Shown here piece by piece: positions 29,071 to 38,275 of a DNA stretch of 54,063 bases. Positions within the stretch are counted from its first letter, which is position 1, and the number at the start of each line of letters is the position of its first letter. Source of the stretch: Planctomycetota bacterium (GTDB taxonomy: Bacteria; Planctomycetota; UBA11346); contig JBBRLJ010000036.1 of NCBI GenBank assembly GCA_038231435.1, positions 1 through 54,063 on the forward strand, written 5' to 3'. Made by a program: the position numbers and the translations under genes. A model generated the notes under the pieces. It was not told the DNA's origin, ran no database searches, and worked only from the letters and a program-made list of their open reading frames with translations.

Positions 29071-29907
29071 ATGCCTGACATGACCACCCAAGCGGTGGCG
29101 CACGAGCACGGATTCGCCGCCACCGCGCGCCGCGACATCTGGTGGCTCGGCCCCCTCGCCACCGCCATCGGACTCCTCTCCTTCGTCATCTATTCGACCT
29201 GGGCCGCGTTCCAGGGTGCGAACTACGAAGCCGGGTCGTATCTGTCGCCCTTCTATTCGCCGCTGATCTTCGGTCCCACCTCCAGCGAGCATGCCTGGTT
29301 CCACCTCGCCTCGGGCCAGAACCATCCTGCATGGTGGCCGGCATGGCTGCCGTTCTCGAGCGCGTTGTTGGTGTTGTGGGCCCCCGGCCTCTTCCGCCTG
29401 ACCTGCTATTACTACCGCAAGGCGTACTACCGCTCGATCTGGATGGATCCGGTCGCGTGCGCGGTCGGCGAACCGCGGAAATCCTATTGGGGAGAGAACT
29501 CGTTGCCGCTGATCCTGCAGAACGCGCACCGCTACATGGCCTACATCGCGGTGCTGTTCATCGGCGTCCTCGGTTACGACGCGGTGCGGTCGTACATCTG
29601 GCTCAGCGAGGACGGCAACCACCACTTCGGCATGGGCGTCGGCTCGATCGTGCTGACCCTGAATCCGATCTTCCTTGGCTGCTACACCTTCGGCTGCCAC
29701 TCGCTGCGCCACCTGGTGGGCGGCAAGAAGGACTGCTTCTCGTGCTCGTCCTTCGGCGAAGCCCGCTTCCGCGCCTGGAGCGCCGTCACGCTGCTGAACA
29801 AGAATCATCAGCTGTGGGCCTGGGTCTCGCTGTTCGGCGTCGGCTTCTCTGACATCTATGTGCGCATGGTCGCCTCCCACGTCTGGACCGACATCAGATT
29901 CTTCTAA
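29071..29907 (+). CDS. Succinate dehydrogenase membrane anchor, mycobacterial Sdh1 (Rv0249c)-like
   Basis: YLSPFYSP, FRLTCYYYRKAYYR, ACAVGE, QNAHRY and GCHSLRH motifs; upstream of sdhAB. Confidence 0.85.
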   Translation: MPDMTTQAVAHEHGFAATARRDIWWLGPLATAIGLLSFVIYSTWAAFQGANYEAGSYLSPFYSPLIFGPTSSEHAWFHLASGQNHPAWWPAWLPFSSALLVLWAPGLFRLTCYYYRKAYYRSIWMDPVACAVGEPRKSYWGENSLPLILQNAHRYMAYIAVLFIGVLGYDAVRSYIWLSEDGNHHFGMGVGSIVLTLNPIFLGCYTFGCHSLRHLVGGKKDCFSCSSFGEARFRAWSAVTLLNKNHQLWAWVSLFGVGFSDIYVRMVASHVWTDIRFF

Positions 29908-29911
29908 AGGC

Positions 29912-29985
29912 CCCTCTCTCCGCTCTCTGCTCTCCGCTCTCTGCTCTGCCCTCTCTGCTTTCTGCTCCCCGCATTCCGCTTTCCG
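29912..29985. repeat. Degenerate heptamer array (CTCTCCG/CTCTCTG/CTTTCCG)
   Basis: About ten 7-nt units between the anchor gene and sdhA. Confidence 0.8.
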
Positions 29986-30005
29986 CCAGTCCGAAGGACT
30001 CCTCC

Positions 30006-31829
30006 ATGCCGCTCGACATCCAGACCCTCGAACAGGACGTGCTCGTGATCGGCGCCGGCGGGGCCGGCCTGCGCGCCGCGATCGAAGCGTCGAATGCCGG
30101 CCTGAAAGTCGGCCTGGTGTGCAAGTCGCTGCTCGGCAAGGCGCACACGGTCATGGCCGAGGGCGGAGTCGCCGCGGCACTGGCGAATGTGGACGATCGC
30201 GACAGCTGGAAGGTGCACTTCGCCGATACCATGCGCGGCGGCCAGTACGTGAACAACTGGCGCATGGCCGAGCACCACGCCAAGGAAGCGCCCGAACGCG
30301 TGCGCGAGCTCGAGAAGTGGGGAGCGGTCTTCGATCGCACCAAAGACGGCAAGATCCTGCAGCGCAATTTCGGCGGCCACCGCTATCCGCGCCTCGCCCA
30401 TGTCGGCGATCGCACCGGGCTCGAGATCATCCGCACGCTCCAGGACAAGAGCGTCCATGAGCGCGAGATCTCGGTGTACATGGAGTGCACCATCATACGG
30501 CTCTTCAAGGAGGGCGGCCGCATCAGTGGCGCGCTCGGCTACTTCCGCGAGCGAGGCCGCTTCGTGCTGTTCAAGGCCAAGGCCGTGGTCATGGCCACCG
30601 GCGGGCTCGGCAAGGCCTTCGCGATCACCTCCAACAGTTGGGAATACACCGGTGACGGCTACTCGCTCGCGTACCACGCGGGCGCCGACCTGCTCGACAT
30701 GGAGTTCGTCCAGTTCCATCCCACCGGCATGGTGTGGCCACCGTCGGTGCGCGGCATCCTGGTGACCGAGGGCGTGCGCGGCGAAGGCGGCGTGCTGCGC
30801 AACAAGGACGGCCGGCGCTTCATGTTCGACGACATCCCCGAGAACTACCGCAACCAGACCGCGAAGGACGAAGAGGAAGGCTGGCGCTACACCCAGGGCG
30901 ACAAGAACGCGATGCGTCCGCCCGAACTCCTGACCCGTGACCACGTCGCACGCTGCATCAACCGCGAGGTCAAGGCCGGCCGCGGCAGCCCGCACGGCGG
31001 CGTGTACCTCGACATCGCCTGGATCAAGGAGCGCATCCCGGGCGCCGAGAAGCACATCCAGAAGAAGCTCCCCTCGATGTATCACCAGTTCAAGGAGCTC
31101 GGCGGTCTCGACATCACCAAGGAACGCATGGAGGTCGGCCCGACCACGCACTACACCATGGGCGGCATCCGCGTCGACGGCGACTGCCAGATGACCACCG
31201 TGCCCGGGCTCTTCGCCGCGGGCGAAGCAGCCGCCGGATTGCATGGAGCGAACCGCCTCGGCGGCAACTCGCTCTCCGATCTGCTGGTATTCGGCAAACG
31301 CGCCGGCGAGTACGCTGCGAAGTACGCCAAGGAGAATCAGCAGGGCCAGGTCGCCGAGACCGACATCGAGAGCGCGGCACAGTGGTCGCTGTCGTTCATG
31401 GACAAGCCGGCCGGCGACGAGAATCCCTACAAGGTGCAGCAGGATCTGCAGGACATGATGCAGGCACTGGTCGGCATCGTGCGCACCGAGGCCGAGATGA
31501 AATCCGCGCTCGATGGGCTGAAGACGCTCAACAAGCGCGCGCTCAAGGTCGCCGCGCCCGGCAACCGCGAATACAATCCCGGTTGGCACACCTGCATGGA
31601 CCTGCTCAACCTGATGACCGTCTCCGAGGCCGTCACCATGTCGGCGATCCAGCGCAAGGAGAGCCGCGGCGCCCAGTTCCGCGACGACTTCCCCGAGAAG
31701 GACGCGAAGTTCGGCACGGTGAACCACATGGTGCGCAAGGCTCCCGATGGTTCGATGCAGCTCGAGACGGTGAAGATCCCGGAAATGCCCGCCGAACTCA
31801 AAGCAGTGATCGAGGAGATGAGCAAGTGA
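30006..31829 (+). CDS. sdhA: Succinate dehydrogenase/fumarate reductase flavoprotein
   Basis: GAGGAG, KAHTVMAEGG FAD-His motif, QFHPTG, HYTMGG, HGANRLGGNSL, ESRGA. Confidence 0.95.
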   Translation: MPLDIQTLEQDVLVIGAGGAGLRAAIEASNAGLKVGLVCKSLLGKAHTVMAEGGVAAALANVDDRDSWKVHFADTMRGGQYVNNWRMAEHHAKEAPERVRELEKWGAVFDRTKDGKILQRNFGGHRYPRLAHVGDRTGLEIIRTLQDKSVHEREISVYMECTIIRLFKEGGRISGALGYFRERGRFVLFKAKAVVMATGGLGKAFAITSNSWEYTGDGYSLAYHAGADLLDMEFVQFHPTGMVWPPSVRGILVTEGVRGEGGVLRNKDGRRFMFDDIPENYRNQTAKDEEEGWRYTQGDKNAMRPPELLTRDHVARCINREVKAGRGSPHGGVYLDIAWIKERIPGAEKHIQKKLPSMYHQFKELGGLDITKERMEVGPTTHYTMGGIRVDGDCQMTTVPGLFAAGEAAAGLHGANRLGGNSLSDLLVFGKRAGEYAAKYAKENQQGQVAETDIESAAQWSLSFMDKPAGDENPYKVQQDLQDMMQALVGIVRTEAEMKSALDGLKTLNKRALKVAAPGNREYNPGWHTCMDLLNLMTVSEAVTMSAIQRKESRGAQFRDDFPEKDAKFGTVNHMVRKAPDGSMQLETVKIPEMPAELKAVIEEMSK

Positions 31830-31880
31830 CTTTCAGTTGGGGGGCTACGGCCCCCCAACATCGCCCTCCGGGCTGCCCCC
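31830..31880 (+). repeat. Family A hairpin repeat
   Basis: Core at 31836-31859 plus GCCC-TCC-GGGC tail hairpin, between sdhA and sdhB. Confidence 0.9.
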
Positions 31881-31905
31881 AAGCAAAGAGACGTAAGGTA
31901 AGAAG

Positions 31906-32757
31906 ATGTCTGAAGACAAACACACCGGTGAACTCCAGAAGCCGATCGCCAAGGACGGCAACGTCCGCCCCGGCATCCAGTCCGAATCCCTCGGCACGCG
32001 CACCTTCAAGATCTGGCGCGGCAACGCCTCGGGCGGCGAGCAGAAGTCCTACACCGCCGAGATCAGCCACGGCATGGTGGTGCTCGACGCGGTGCACCAG
32101 ATCCAGGCGACCCAGGCCTCGGACCTCGCGTGCCGCTGGAACTGCAAGGCCGGCAAGTGCGGCTCGTGCTCGGCCGAGATCAACGGCAAGCCCCGCCTGA
32201 TGTGCATGACGCGCATGGAGACGCTGCCCGAGGGCGACGTCACCATCCAACCAATGAAGGCCTTCAAGCCGATCAAGGACCTGGTCACCGACGTGTCGTG
32301 GAATTACGAGGTCAAAAAGAAGATCGCCCCCTTCAAGCCCAAGCCCCCGTTGGCCGACGGCACCTGGCGCATGCAGCAGTACGAGGTCGAACGCGTCCAG
32401 GAATTCCGCAAGTGCATCGAGTGCTTCCTCTGCCAGGACACCTGCCACGTGCTGCGCGACCACGGCAAACACGAGCAGTTCGCCGGTCCGCGCTTCCTCG
32501 TGCACGCCGCCCAGCTCGAGATGCATCCGCTCGACACCGTGAACCGCGAGGAATTCCTCAAGCACGGCGGCGGCATCGGCTTCTGCAACATCACCAAGTG
32601 CTGCACTGAAGTCTGCCCCGAACACATCGCCATCACCGACAACGCGATCATCCCGCTCAAGGAGCGCGTCGCGGACACCTATTACGATCCGCTGGTGCGA
32701 CTGTGGCGCTGGGCCTTCAAGAAGGGCCAGAAGCCGGCGGAGCCAAAGGGGACGTAG
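31906..32757 (+). CDS. sdhB: Succinate dehydrogenase Fe-S subunit
   Basis: CKAGKCGSC, CIECFLCQDTC and CNITKCCTEVCP cysteine clusters. Confidence 0.95.
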   Translation: MSEDKHTGELQKPIAKDGNVRPGIQSESLGTRTFKIWRGNASGGEQKSYTAEISHGMVVLDAVHQIQATQASDLACRWNCKAGKCGSCSAEINGKPRLMCMTRMETLPEGDVTIQPMKAFKPIKDLVTDVSWNYEVKKKIAPFKPKPPLADGTWRMQQYEVERVQEFRKCIECFLCQDTCHVLRDHGKHEQFAGPRFLVHAAQLEMHPLDTVNREEFLKHGGGIGFCNITKCCTEVCPEHIAITDNAIIPLKERVADTYYDPLVRLWRWAFKKGQKPAEPKGT

Positions 32758-32980
32758 GTATTGGTGGAGGGCGGAAAGCAGAATGCACTAAGCAGAGAGC
32801 GAATCCGAGAGGACAGGAATCTCCCGAGGCAAGAGGCTGCTGGAGGAGCGCGCCGCTGAGGTTGGACAGGCACGACGACATGCGTCCTGCCGTTCAGACT
32901 TCCAGTCTCCCAGCCACTACGCCGTCCAGCTCTCTCTCCGTTACTCCTTGCTCGCCAGCGCGCGCGGATGCACTGCGTCC

Positions 32981-33856
32981 ATGCAACCGCATCCCGAGCA
33001 GCGTGCCCCCGCCGGTATCGAGCTCCGCCCCTCGTTCCGCCCCCGGCCGGCGGCGAGCCATGCGGTCTTCGACTTCGATGGCACCTTGTCCCTGGTGCGC
33101 GCGGGCTGGGTCGAGGTGATGCTCGCGATGTTCGTCGAGCTCGCTCCAGTTCCCGACGGCAAGACCACCGGATCCTGGCGCCGGGTGCTCGGCGACGACA
33201 TCCGCAGGCTCAACGGCAAACCGACGATCGCCCAGATGGAGCGATTCGTGGAGCGGGTCACCGAGCACGGCATCGCCGCCAAGACACCGCCCTGGCATCT
33301 CGAGGAATTCCGGCGCCGGCTCGACCGGGTGATCGCCGAGCGCACCGCGGCGGTGCGGGCTGGCACCATGCCCGCCGAGCGGCTCACCGTACCCGGAACG
33401 CTGGCCATGCTCGAAGCCCTGACGGCCCGGGGGCTGACCCTGCACCTGGCCAGCGCCACCGACGAACGCTCGGTCCGGCACGAAGCCGAGCTGCTGGGTG
33501 TCGCGCGCTTCTTCGGCGCGGCCGGCGAGCGCATCTACGCTCCGCGCGGCGACAGCGACGGGTTCTCCAAGCAGGCGGCCTTCGAGCGGGTCCTGGCAGA
33601 GGCCGGCGGCATTGGCGAGAACGTCCTGTCCTTCGGCGATGGTCCCATCGAAATCGGGGAGACCAAGCGCATCGGCGGGCTCGCCATCGGCGTCGCCAGC
33701 GACGAATCGGGCAAGCACGCGGGCAAGGTAGACCTGGCCAAGCGCGAACTGCTGGTCGAGGCGGGGGCAGACGCCGTGCTCGCCGACTACGCGGACGCCG
33801 CGGGCCTGGTGCGGACGCTGGTGGGGGAAACGGCGGGGGCCAAGGCCACGGGTTAG
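32981..33856 (+). CDS. HAD-family hydrolase
   Basis: FDFDGT motif I, LAS, K and FGDGPIE motifs. Confidence 0.85.
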   Translation: MQPHPEQRAPAGIELRPSFRPRPAASHAVFDFDGTLSLVRAGWVEVMLAMFVELAPVPDGKTTGSWRRVLGDDIRRLNGKPTIAQMERFVERVTEHGIAAKTPPWHLEEFRRRLDRVIAERTAAVRAGTMPAERLTVPGTLAMLEALTARGLTLHLASATDERSVRHEAELLGVARFFGAAGERIYAPRGDSDGFSKQAAFERVLAEAGGIGENVLSFGDGPIEIGETKRIGGLAIGVASDESGKHAGKVDLAKRELLVEAGADAVLADYADAAGLVRTLVGETAGAKATG

Positions 33857-33861
33857 GGGTG

Positions 33862-33895
33862 GACGGATGCCGGATGGCGGAAAGCGGAAAGCCGC
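33862..33895. repeat. Degenerate heptamer array
   Basis: GGATGCC GGATGGC GGAAAGC GGAAAGC just after the HAD stop. Confidence 0.7.
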
Positions 33896-34144
33896 GGCTT
33901 CGGCCCCCAGAGCGGAAAACTGCGAACGAGTGGAGCTGTGGGACATCCCATGGGCCAATCGCCACAAGCATCCGCCCTTCGCCGCCAAGCCCATTGCCAG
34001 AGCACGACTTGCGTCCTAAACGGGCGCTTGCACGGCAAATTCGCACTATAGGCTGCGAGGCCCTTTCATAGAGCCCTTCCTCTCGCCCGACTCTTGTCCG
34101 CCACTCCGTCCGTTCCGTCCGATTCAGAAGAAGCCGACCGTCCG

Positions 34145-35065
34145 ATGCGCCTATTCTCCGGCAACGCCAACCGCCCGCTCGCCCAGGCTATCGCCGACTC
34201 GATCGGCACTCCGCTGTGCGAGATGACCTGCGCCCGGTTCCCCGACGGCGAGGTCAAGGTGCACATCCACGAGGACGTGCGCGGTTGCGATGCGTTCGTG
34301 GTGCAGCCGACGACCAGCAACGATTTCCTGATGGAGCTGCTGGTCATCGCCGACGCCCTGCGCCGTGCCTCGGCCGCGCGCATCACCGCCGTCGTCCCCT
34401 ACTTCGGTTACGCCCGCCAGGACCGCAAGCACGAGGGCCGCGTGCCCATCACCGCGAAGCTGGTCGCGAACATGATGACCGTCGCGGGCATCACCCGCCT
34501 GGTCACCGTCGACCTGCATGCGCAGCAGATCCAAGGCTTCTTCGACGTGCCGGTGGACCATCTCAGCGCCATCAAGGTCCAGCTCGCGTACCTCCAGGGC
34601 CTGAAGCTCGCCGACCCCGTGGTGGTCAGCCCCGACACCGGCTCGATCAAGCTCGCCGACAAGATCGCCCAGGCGCTCGGTGCCCGGCTCGCGATCATCG
34701 ACAAGCGCCGCACCGGCGACAGCAAGACCGAGGTCGCGAACGTGATCGGCGAGATCGGCTCGCGCGACGCCATCATCGTCGACGACATGATCACCACCGC
34801 CGGCTCGATCACCAACGCGATCAAGACTGCCCGGCAATTCGGGGCCAAGCGCGTGATCCCCATGACCACGCATGGCGTGCTCTGCGGCGAGGCCTTCGAG
34901 CGCCTGCAGGACGTCCACCTCGACGAGCTGGTCATCACCGACACCATCCCGCTCAAGCGCCGCTATGCCGAGCTGCCCATCCGCGTGCTCTCGGTCGCCC
35001 CCCTGCTCGGGGAAGCCATCCGCCGCATCCACACCAACCAGTCCGTGAGCTCGCTGTTCGTCTGA
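34145..35065 (+). CDS. prs: Ribose-phosphate pyrophosphokinase
   Basis: FPDGE, PYFGYARQDRK, DLHAQQIQGFF, VSPD and IVDDMITTAGS motifs. Confidence 0.96.
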   Translation: MRLFSGNANRPLAQAIADSIGTPLCEMTCARFPDGEVKVHIHEDVRGCDAFVVQPTTSNDFLMELLVIADALRRASAARITAVVPYFGYARQDRKHEGRVPITAKLVANMMTVAGITRLVTVDLHAQQIQGFFDVPVDHLSAIKVQLAYLQGLKLADPVVVSPDTGSIKLADKIAQALGARLAIIDKRRTGDSKTEVANVIGEIGSRDAIIVDDMITTAGSITNAIKTARQFGAKRVIPMTTHGVLCGEAFERLQDVHLDELVITDTIPLKRRYAELPIRVLSVAPLLGEAIRRIHTNQSVSSLFV

Positions 35066-35146
35066 ACGCGCCCCACGCCAACCCCACCCGCCATTTTTCT
35101 AAACCTGTGCCGCCCACGTGCGGCGTCATCACGATCGGAGCCTCTC

Positions 35147-35917
35147 ATGTCAGCCGTCACCCAGTCCTACCCCGCCGAGCCCCGCACCCTCACCGGCAGC
35201 AAGGCCGCCACCAAGATGCGCGCCGCGGGCAAGATTCCGCTGACCGTCACCAAGGCCGGCAAGGAGAGCCAGCTGCTGACCGTCGACGAGAAGTCGGCCA
35301 ACCATCTCGCCGCCCACGTCGTTCACCTCTGCAAGCTCGAGATCGGCGGCAAGACCGTCACCGCGTTGCGCGCGGAGATCTCGAAGGACTGCCTGACCGA
35401 CAAGATCAAGCACATCGATCTCATCGAGGTCGATGAGAAGTCCGAGATCAAGGTCGATGTCGTCGTCCATCCCGACGCGCGGAACTGCCCGGGCGTCAAG
35501 GCTGGCGGCATCGTCGAACAGCGCATGCGCAAGGTGCGCGTGCTCTGCAAGGCCAACGCCATCCCTGACGTCCTCGAACTGGATCTCGGCGACGTCCAGA
35601 TCACCGAGACCGTCTACGCCGAGAAGATCAAGCTGCCGCCGGGCGTGAAGCTCGCCGTGCCGGCCAAGCAGCCGGTGCTGACGATCGTCATCCCACGCCA
35701 GATGACCACGGCCGACGACACCGCCACCGCCGCGACGCCCGCCGAAGGTGCCGCCGCCGAGGGTGCGGCCGCGACCGCCGAGGGTGCCGCCGCCGGTGCC
35801 GAGGGTGCCGCCGCCGGTGCCAAGCCAGCGGCTGGCGCCAAGCCCGCCGCCGGCGCGAAGCCGGCCGCTGGCAAGGATGCCAAGGCCGAGGCGAAGCCGG
35901 AAGCGAAGAAGAAGTAG
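35147..35917 (+). CDS. rplY: 50S ribosomal protein bL25/Ctc with Ala-rich repeat tail
   Basis: Follows prs; R..G......R..GKIP, HID and GVKAGG motifs; AEGAAA/KPAAGA repeats. Confidence 0.88.
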   Translation: MSAVTQSYPAEPRTLTGSKAATKMRAAGKIPLTVTKAGKESQLLTVDEKSANHLAAHVVHLCKLEIGGKTVTALRAEISKDCLTDKIKHIDLIEVDEKSEIKVDVVVHPDARNCPGVKAGGIVEQRMRKVRVLCKANAIPDVLELDLGDVQITETVYAEKIKLPPGVKLAVPAKQPVLTIVIPRQMTTADDTATAATPAEGAAAEGAAATAEGAAAGAEGAAAGAKPAAGAKPAAGAKPAAGKDAKAEAKPEAKKK

Positions 35918-35937
35918 AGGGGTTTGGCGAAACGGCG

Positions 35938-35972
35938 AATGCCCCACAGGGCATCCGAGATCGCTTCGCGAC
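35938..35972 (+). repeat. Internal module of the family A long form
   Basis: ATGCCCCACAGGGCATCCGAGATCGC matches the inserts in the 17849 and 48029 copies. Confidence 0.65.
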
Positions 35973-35976
35973 CAGG

Positions 35977-36008
35977 GAACCAGGGCACGCGCCCTGGTTC
36001 TTTCGTTT
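35977..36008 (+). terminator. Intrinsic terminator after rplY
   Basis: GAACCAGGGC-ACGC-GCCCTGGTTC followed by TTTCGTTT. Confidence 0.75.
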
Positions 36009-36058
36009 CGTGGATGGGTCGGCGGTGGCATGCGAAGTCACATCCTGCACAGTAGGAC

Positions 36059-36886
36059 ATGGCCGATCGGCAGGACGTGGTGCGCCAGGAGGCCGAGACG
36101 TTGTGGCGGGTGAATGGCTTCGGCCAGGAACGACATGCGCCCGGCGGATCCTATTGGTTCGAGAATCGCGAACGCGATTCACAGACGGTGGTGTTCCAGC
36201 ACTGCCTCTCGGGGCTCATCCACTTCCGCGATCAGCGGCGCGCGATCCACCAGGTACTGCCAGGCCATGCGGTGCTGTTCATGCATGGCGAGGATAGCGC
36301 CTATGGCATTCCGCGCGGAGCGACGGAACCGTTCGTCACCCAGTTCATCGGCCTCGCCGGAGCCGGGGTGCGCGAGCATTGGGCGCTGCTGCGGCGCCAG
36401 GGCTCGGTGATCGCCGTCGATCCCGAGGGACCCGTGCTGCCGGCGCTGCGCAAGCTGATGGATCTCGCCAGCCCACGCTCCGGCTGCGATGCCGCGACCA
36501 TGGCGATGGAGCTGCACGCCTTCGTGATGCTGCTCTTCACCAGCCTGCGCCAGGCCCACGTGCGCGCGCAGACGCCGGTTGAGCGCGCCGTAGATGACCT
36601 GCTGCGCCATGCTACCGCTCCGTGGTCGCTGAAGCAGTTGGCCGAACGCCATGGTGTCAGCCGCGAACACCTCACCCGCAGCTTCCGGCAACGGCTCGGC
36701 GTATCGCCGGCGGCGTACCTCGCGAAGGCGCGGCTGGAGAAGGCGTTGGAATTGCTGAGGGAGACCACCGTGCCGGTGGCGCAGGTGGCCAGGCAGGCGG
36801 GATTCTCGTCGACGCACACGCTGGCCAGACAGGTGAGGGCGGCGACGGGGGGATCGCCGAGGGCGGTGAGGAGGAAGGAAGGGTAG
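36059..36886 (+). CDS. AraC-family regulator
   Basis: C-terminal double HTH (SREHLTRSF, GFSSTHTLAR..SPRAVR). Confidence 0.9.
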   Translation: MADRQDVVRQEAETLWRVNGFGQERHAPGGSYWFENRERDSQTVVFQHCLSGLIHFRDQRRAIHQVLPGHAVLFMHGEDSAYGIPRGATEPFVTQFIGLAGAGVREHWALLRRQGSVIAVDPEGPVLPALRKLMDLASPRSGCDAATMAMELHAFVMLLFTSLRQAHVRAQTPVERAVDDLLRHATAPWSLKQLAERHGVSREHLTRSFRQRLGVSPAAYLAKARLEKALELLRETTVPVAQVARQAGFSSTHTLARQVRAATGGSPRAVRRKEG

Positions 36887-36895
36887 CTTGGGGTG

Positions 36896-36925
36896 GAGCG
36901 GATAGCGGATAGCGGATAGCGGAAG
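36896..36925. repeat. Heptamer array (AGCGGAT)x3+
   Basis: AGCGGATAGCGGATAGCGGATAGCGGAA just after the AraC stop. Confidence 0.85.
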
Positions 36926-36992
36926 GCTATCAGTCCATCAACCCAACCACGAACTCCTAGCCCTCGCCCTCCCCCTCCTACCATCCCACCCC

Positions 36993-37784
36993 GTGCTCCC
37001 CCCCGTCATCGACACCCACTGCCACCTCACCCATCCCCGCTTCTCCTCCGATCTCTCCTCCGTCCTTTCCCGCGCCCGCGCGTCCGGCATCGCGCGCATG
37101 ATCACCATCGGTACCGGCATCGCGGATGCCCAGGCGGCCCGCGAGATCGCCCGCGCGCATCCCGATGGTGTCAGTTGCAGCGCCGGCCTCGATCCCTTCG
37201 CCTGCCATGAAGCGGGGGCCGCGTTCGAACAGCGCTTCTCCGAACTCGATGCGCTACTCGCCACCGGCGACTTCTGCGCGGTCGGCGAGATCGGACTCGA
37301 ATACCACCATCCCCTCGGCAGCCATGCCACGCAGATCGAGCAGCTCGAGCGCCTACTGGCGCTCGCGGCGACCCGCAACCTGCCAGTCATCATCCACGTG
37401 CGCGACGCGCATCCCGACATGCTCGCGTGCCTGCGCCGCCATCCGCGGAATCGTGGCGTCATCCACAGCTTCGATGGCACGACCGACGAGGCCCGCTCCT
37501 ACCTCGATCTGGGCTACCACCTCAGCCTCAACGGCATGGTGACCTTCAAGCCGAAGGACTACCTGCGCGAGGCCGCAGCGATGGTGCCGAACGATCGCTT
37601 GCTGGTCGAGACCGACAGCCCGTACCTGGCACCCGTGCCAGAGCGCGGCAAGCGCTGCGAGCCGGCGTTGGTCCTGCATACGCTGCGGGCGATCGCCGAA
37701 CTGCGTGGGCAGCGCGAGGAGGATCTGGCGCAGTGGACGACGCGGACGGCGACGAAGCTGTTCGCCCTGCCCCCACTCACCTAA
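36993..37784 (+). CDS. tatD: TatD-family nuclease
   Basis: IDTHCHL, VGEIGL, IIHVRDA, HSF and ETDSPYLAP motifs. Confidence 0.93.
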   Translation: MLPPVIDTHCHLTHPRFSSDLSSVLSRARASGIARMITIGTGIADAQAAREIARAHPDGVSCSAGLDPFACHEAGAAFEQRFSELDALLATGDFCAVGEIGLEYHHPLGSHATQIEQLERLLALAATRNLPVIIHVRDAHPDMLACLRRHPRNRGVIHSFDGTTDEARSYLDLGYHLSLNGMVTFKPKDYLREAAAMVPNDRLLVETDSPYLAPVPERGKRCEPALVLHTLRAIAELRGQREEDLAQWTTRTATKLFALPPLT

Positions 37785-37851
37785 GGACGACGGCATCCGA
37801 GGGTCGGGCCGTCCGCTTTCCAGCCCTTCACCTAGGTGCCTCCAAACCAAT

Positions 37852-37883
37852 GAAAACCCCTGGCGTCTCCGCCAGGGGTTTTC
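37852..37883. terminator. Bidirectional intrinsic terminator
   Basis: 14-bp stem GAAAACCCCTGGCG/CGCCAGGGGTTTTC between convergent genes. Confidence 0.8.
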
Positions 37884-37960
37884 GGATCTTTACAAGGGCG
37901 ACACCTCCAAGGCCGATCCGGCACGGCCGGTATCAGCGAGTCTGGAAGCGCCGCGGGGCG

Positions 37961-38197
37961 TCAGACGGAAGCCGTCTCCGTGATCACGCACACGGTCACT
38001 CGATTCGCCACCTGGGCCACCGTCAGCGATACGCCGAGGCTCGTGCCGTAGGTGGCACGCAGGCTTTCGGCGAAGGCGCGGGCGGCGATGGGGTCGGGTT
38101 CCCCATGGTCATCGTGGAAGTCGAATCGATCGCATCCCCCGCACGAGGCGAGGTACCCGATCAGTGGTTCTTGGGAAAGGGGACCGGACGCAGTCAT
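37961..38197 (-). CDS. Small hypothetical protein (78 aa) with CxxC and His/Asp cluster
   Basis: Strong SD AAGGAGGT upstream of the ATG; extended -10 TGATAGAAT; downstream terminator. Confidence 0.7.
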   Translation of the reverse strand: MTASGPLSQEPLIGYLASCGGCDRFDFHDDHGEPDPIAARAFAESLRATYGTSLGVSLTVAQVANRVTVCVITETASV

Positions 38198-38275
38198 CGC
38201 CCACCTCCTTAACGATTCTATCATGACGTGGATTGGTCTTGAGAGCAAGAGGCGCAACTCTTCACAGGCTACCAT

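Noticed and set aside
34028..34054. TTGCAC...TATAGG/TAGGCT promoter upstream of prs
   Set aside because: Spacer of 13-15 nt is suboptimal; cannot be supported
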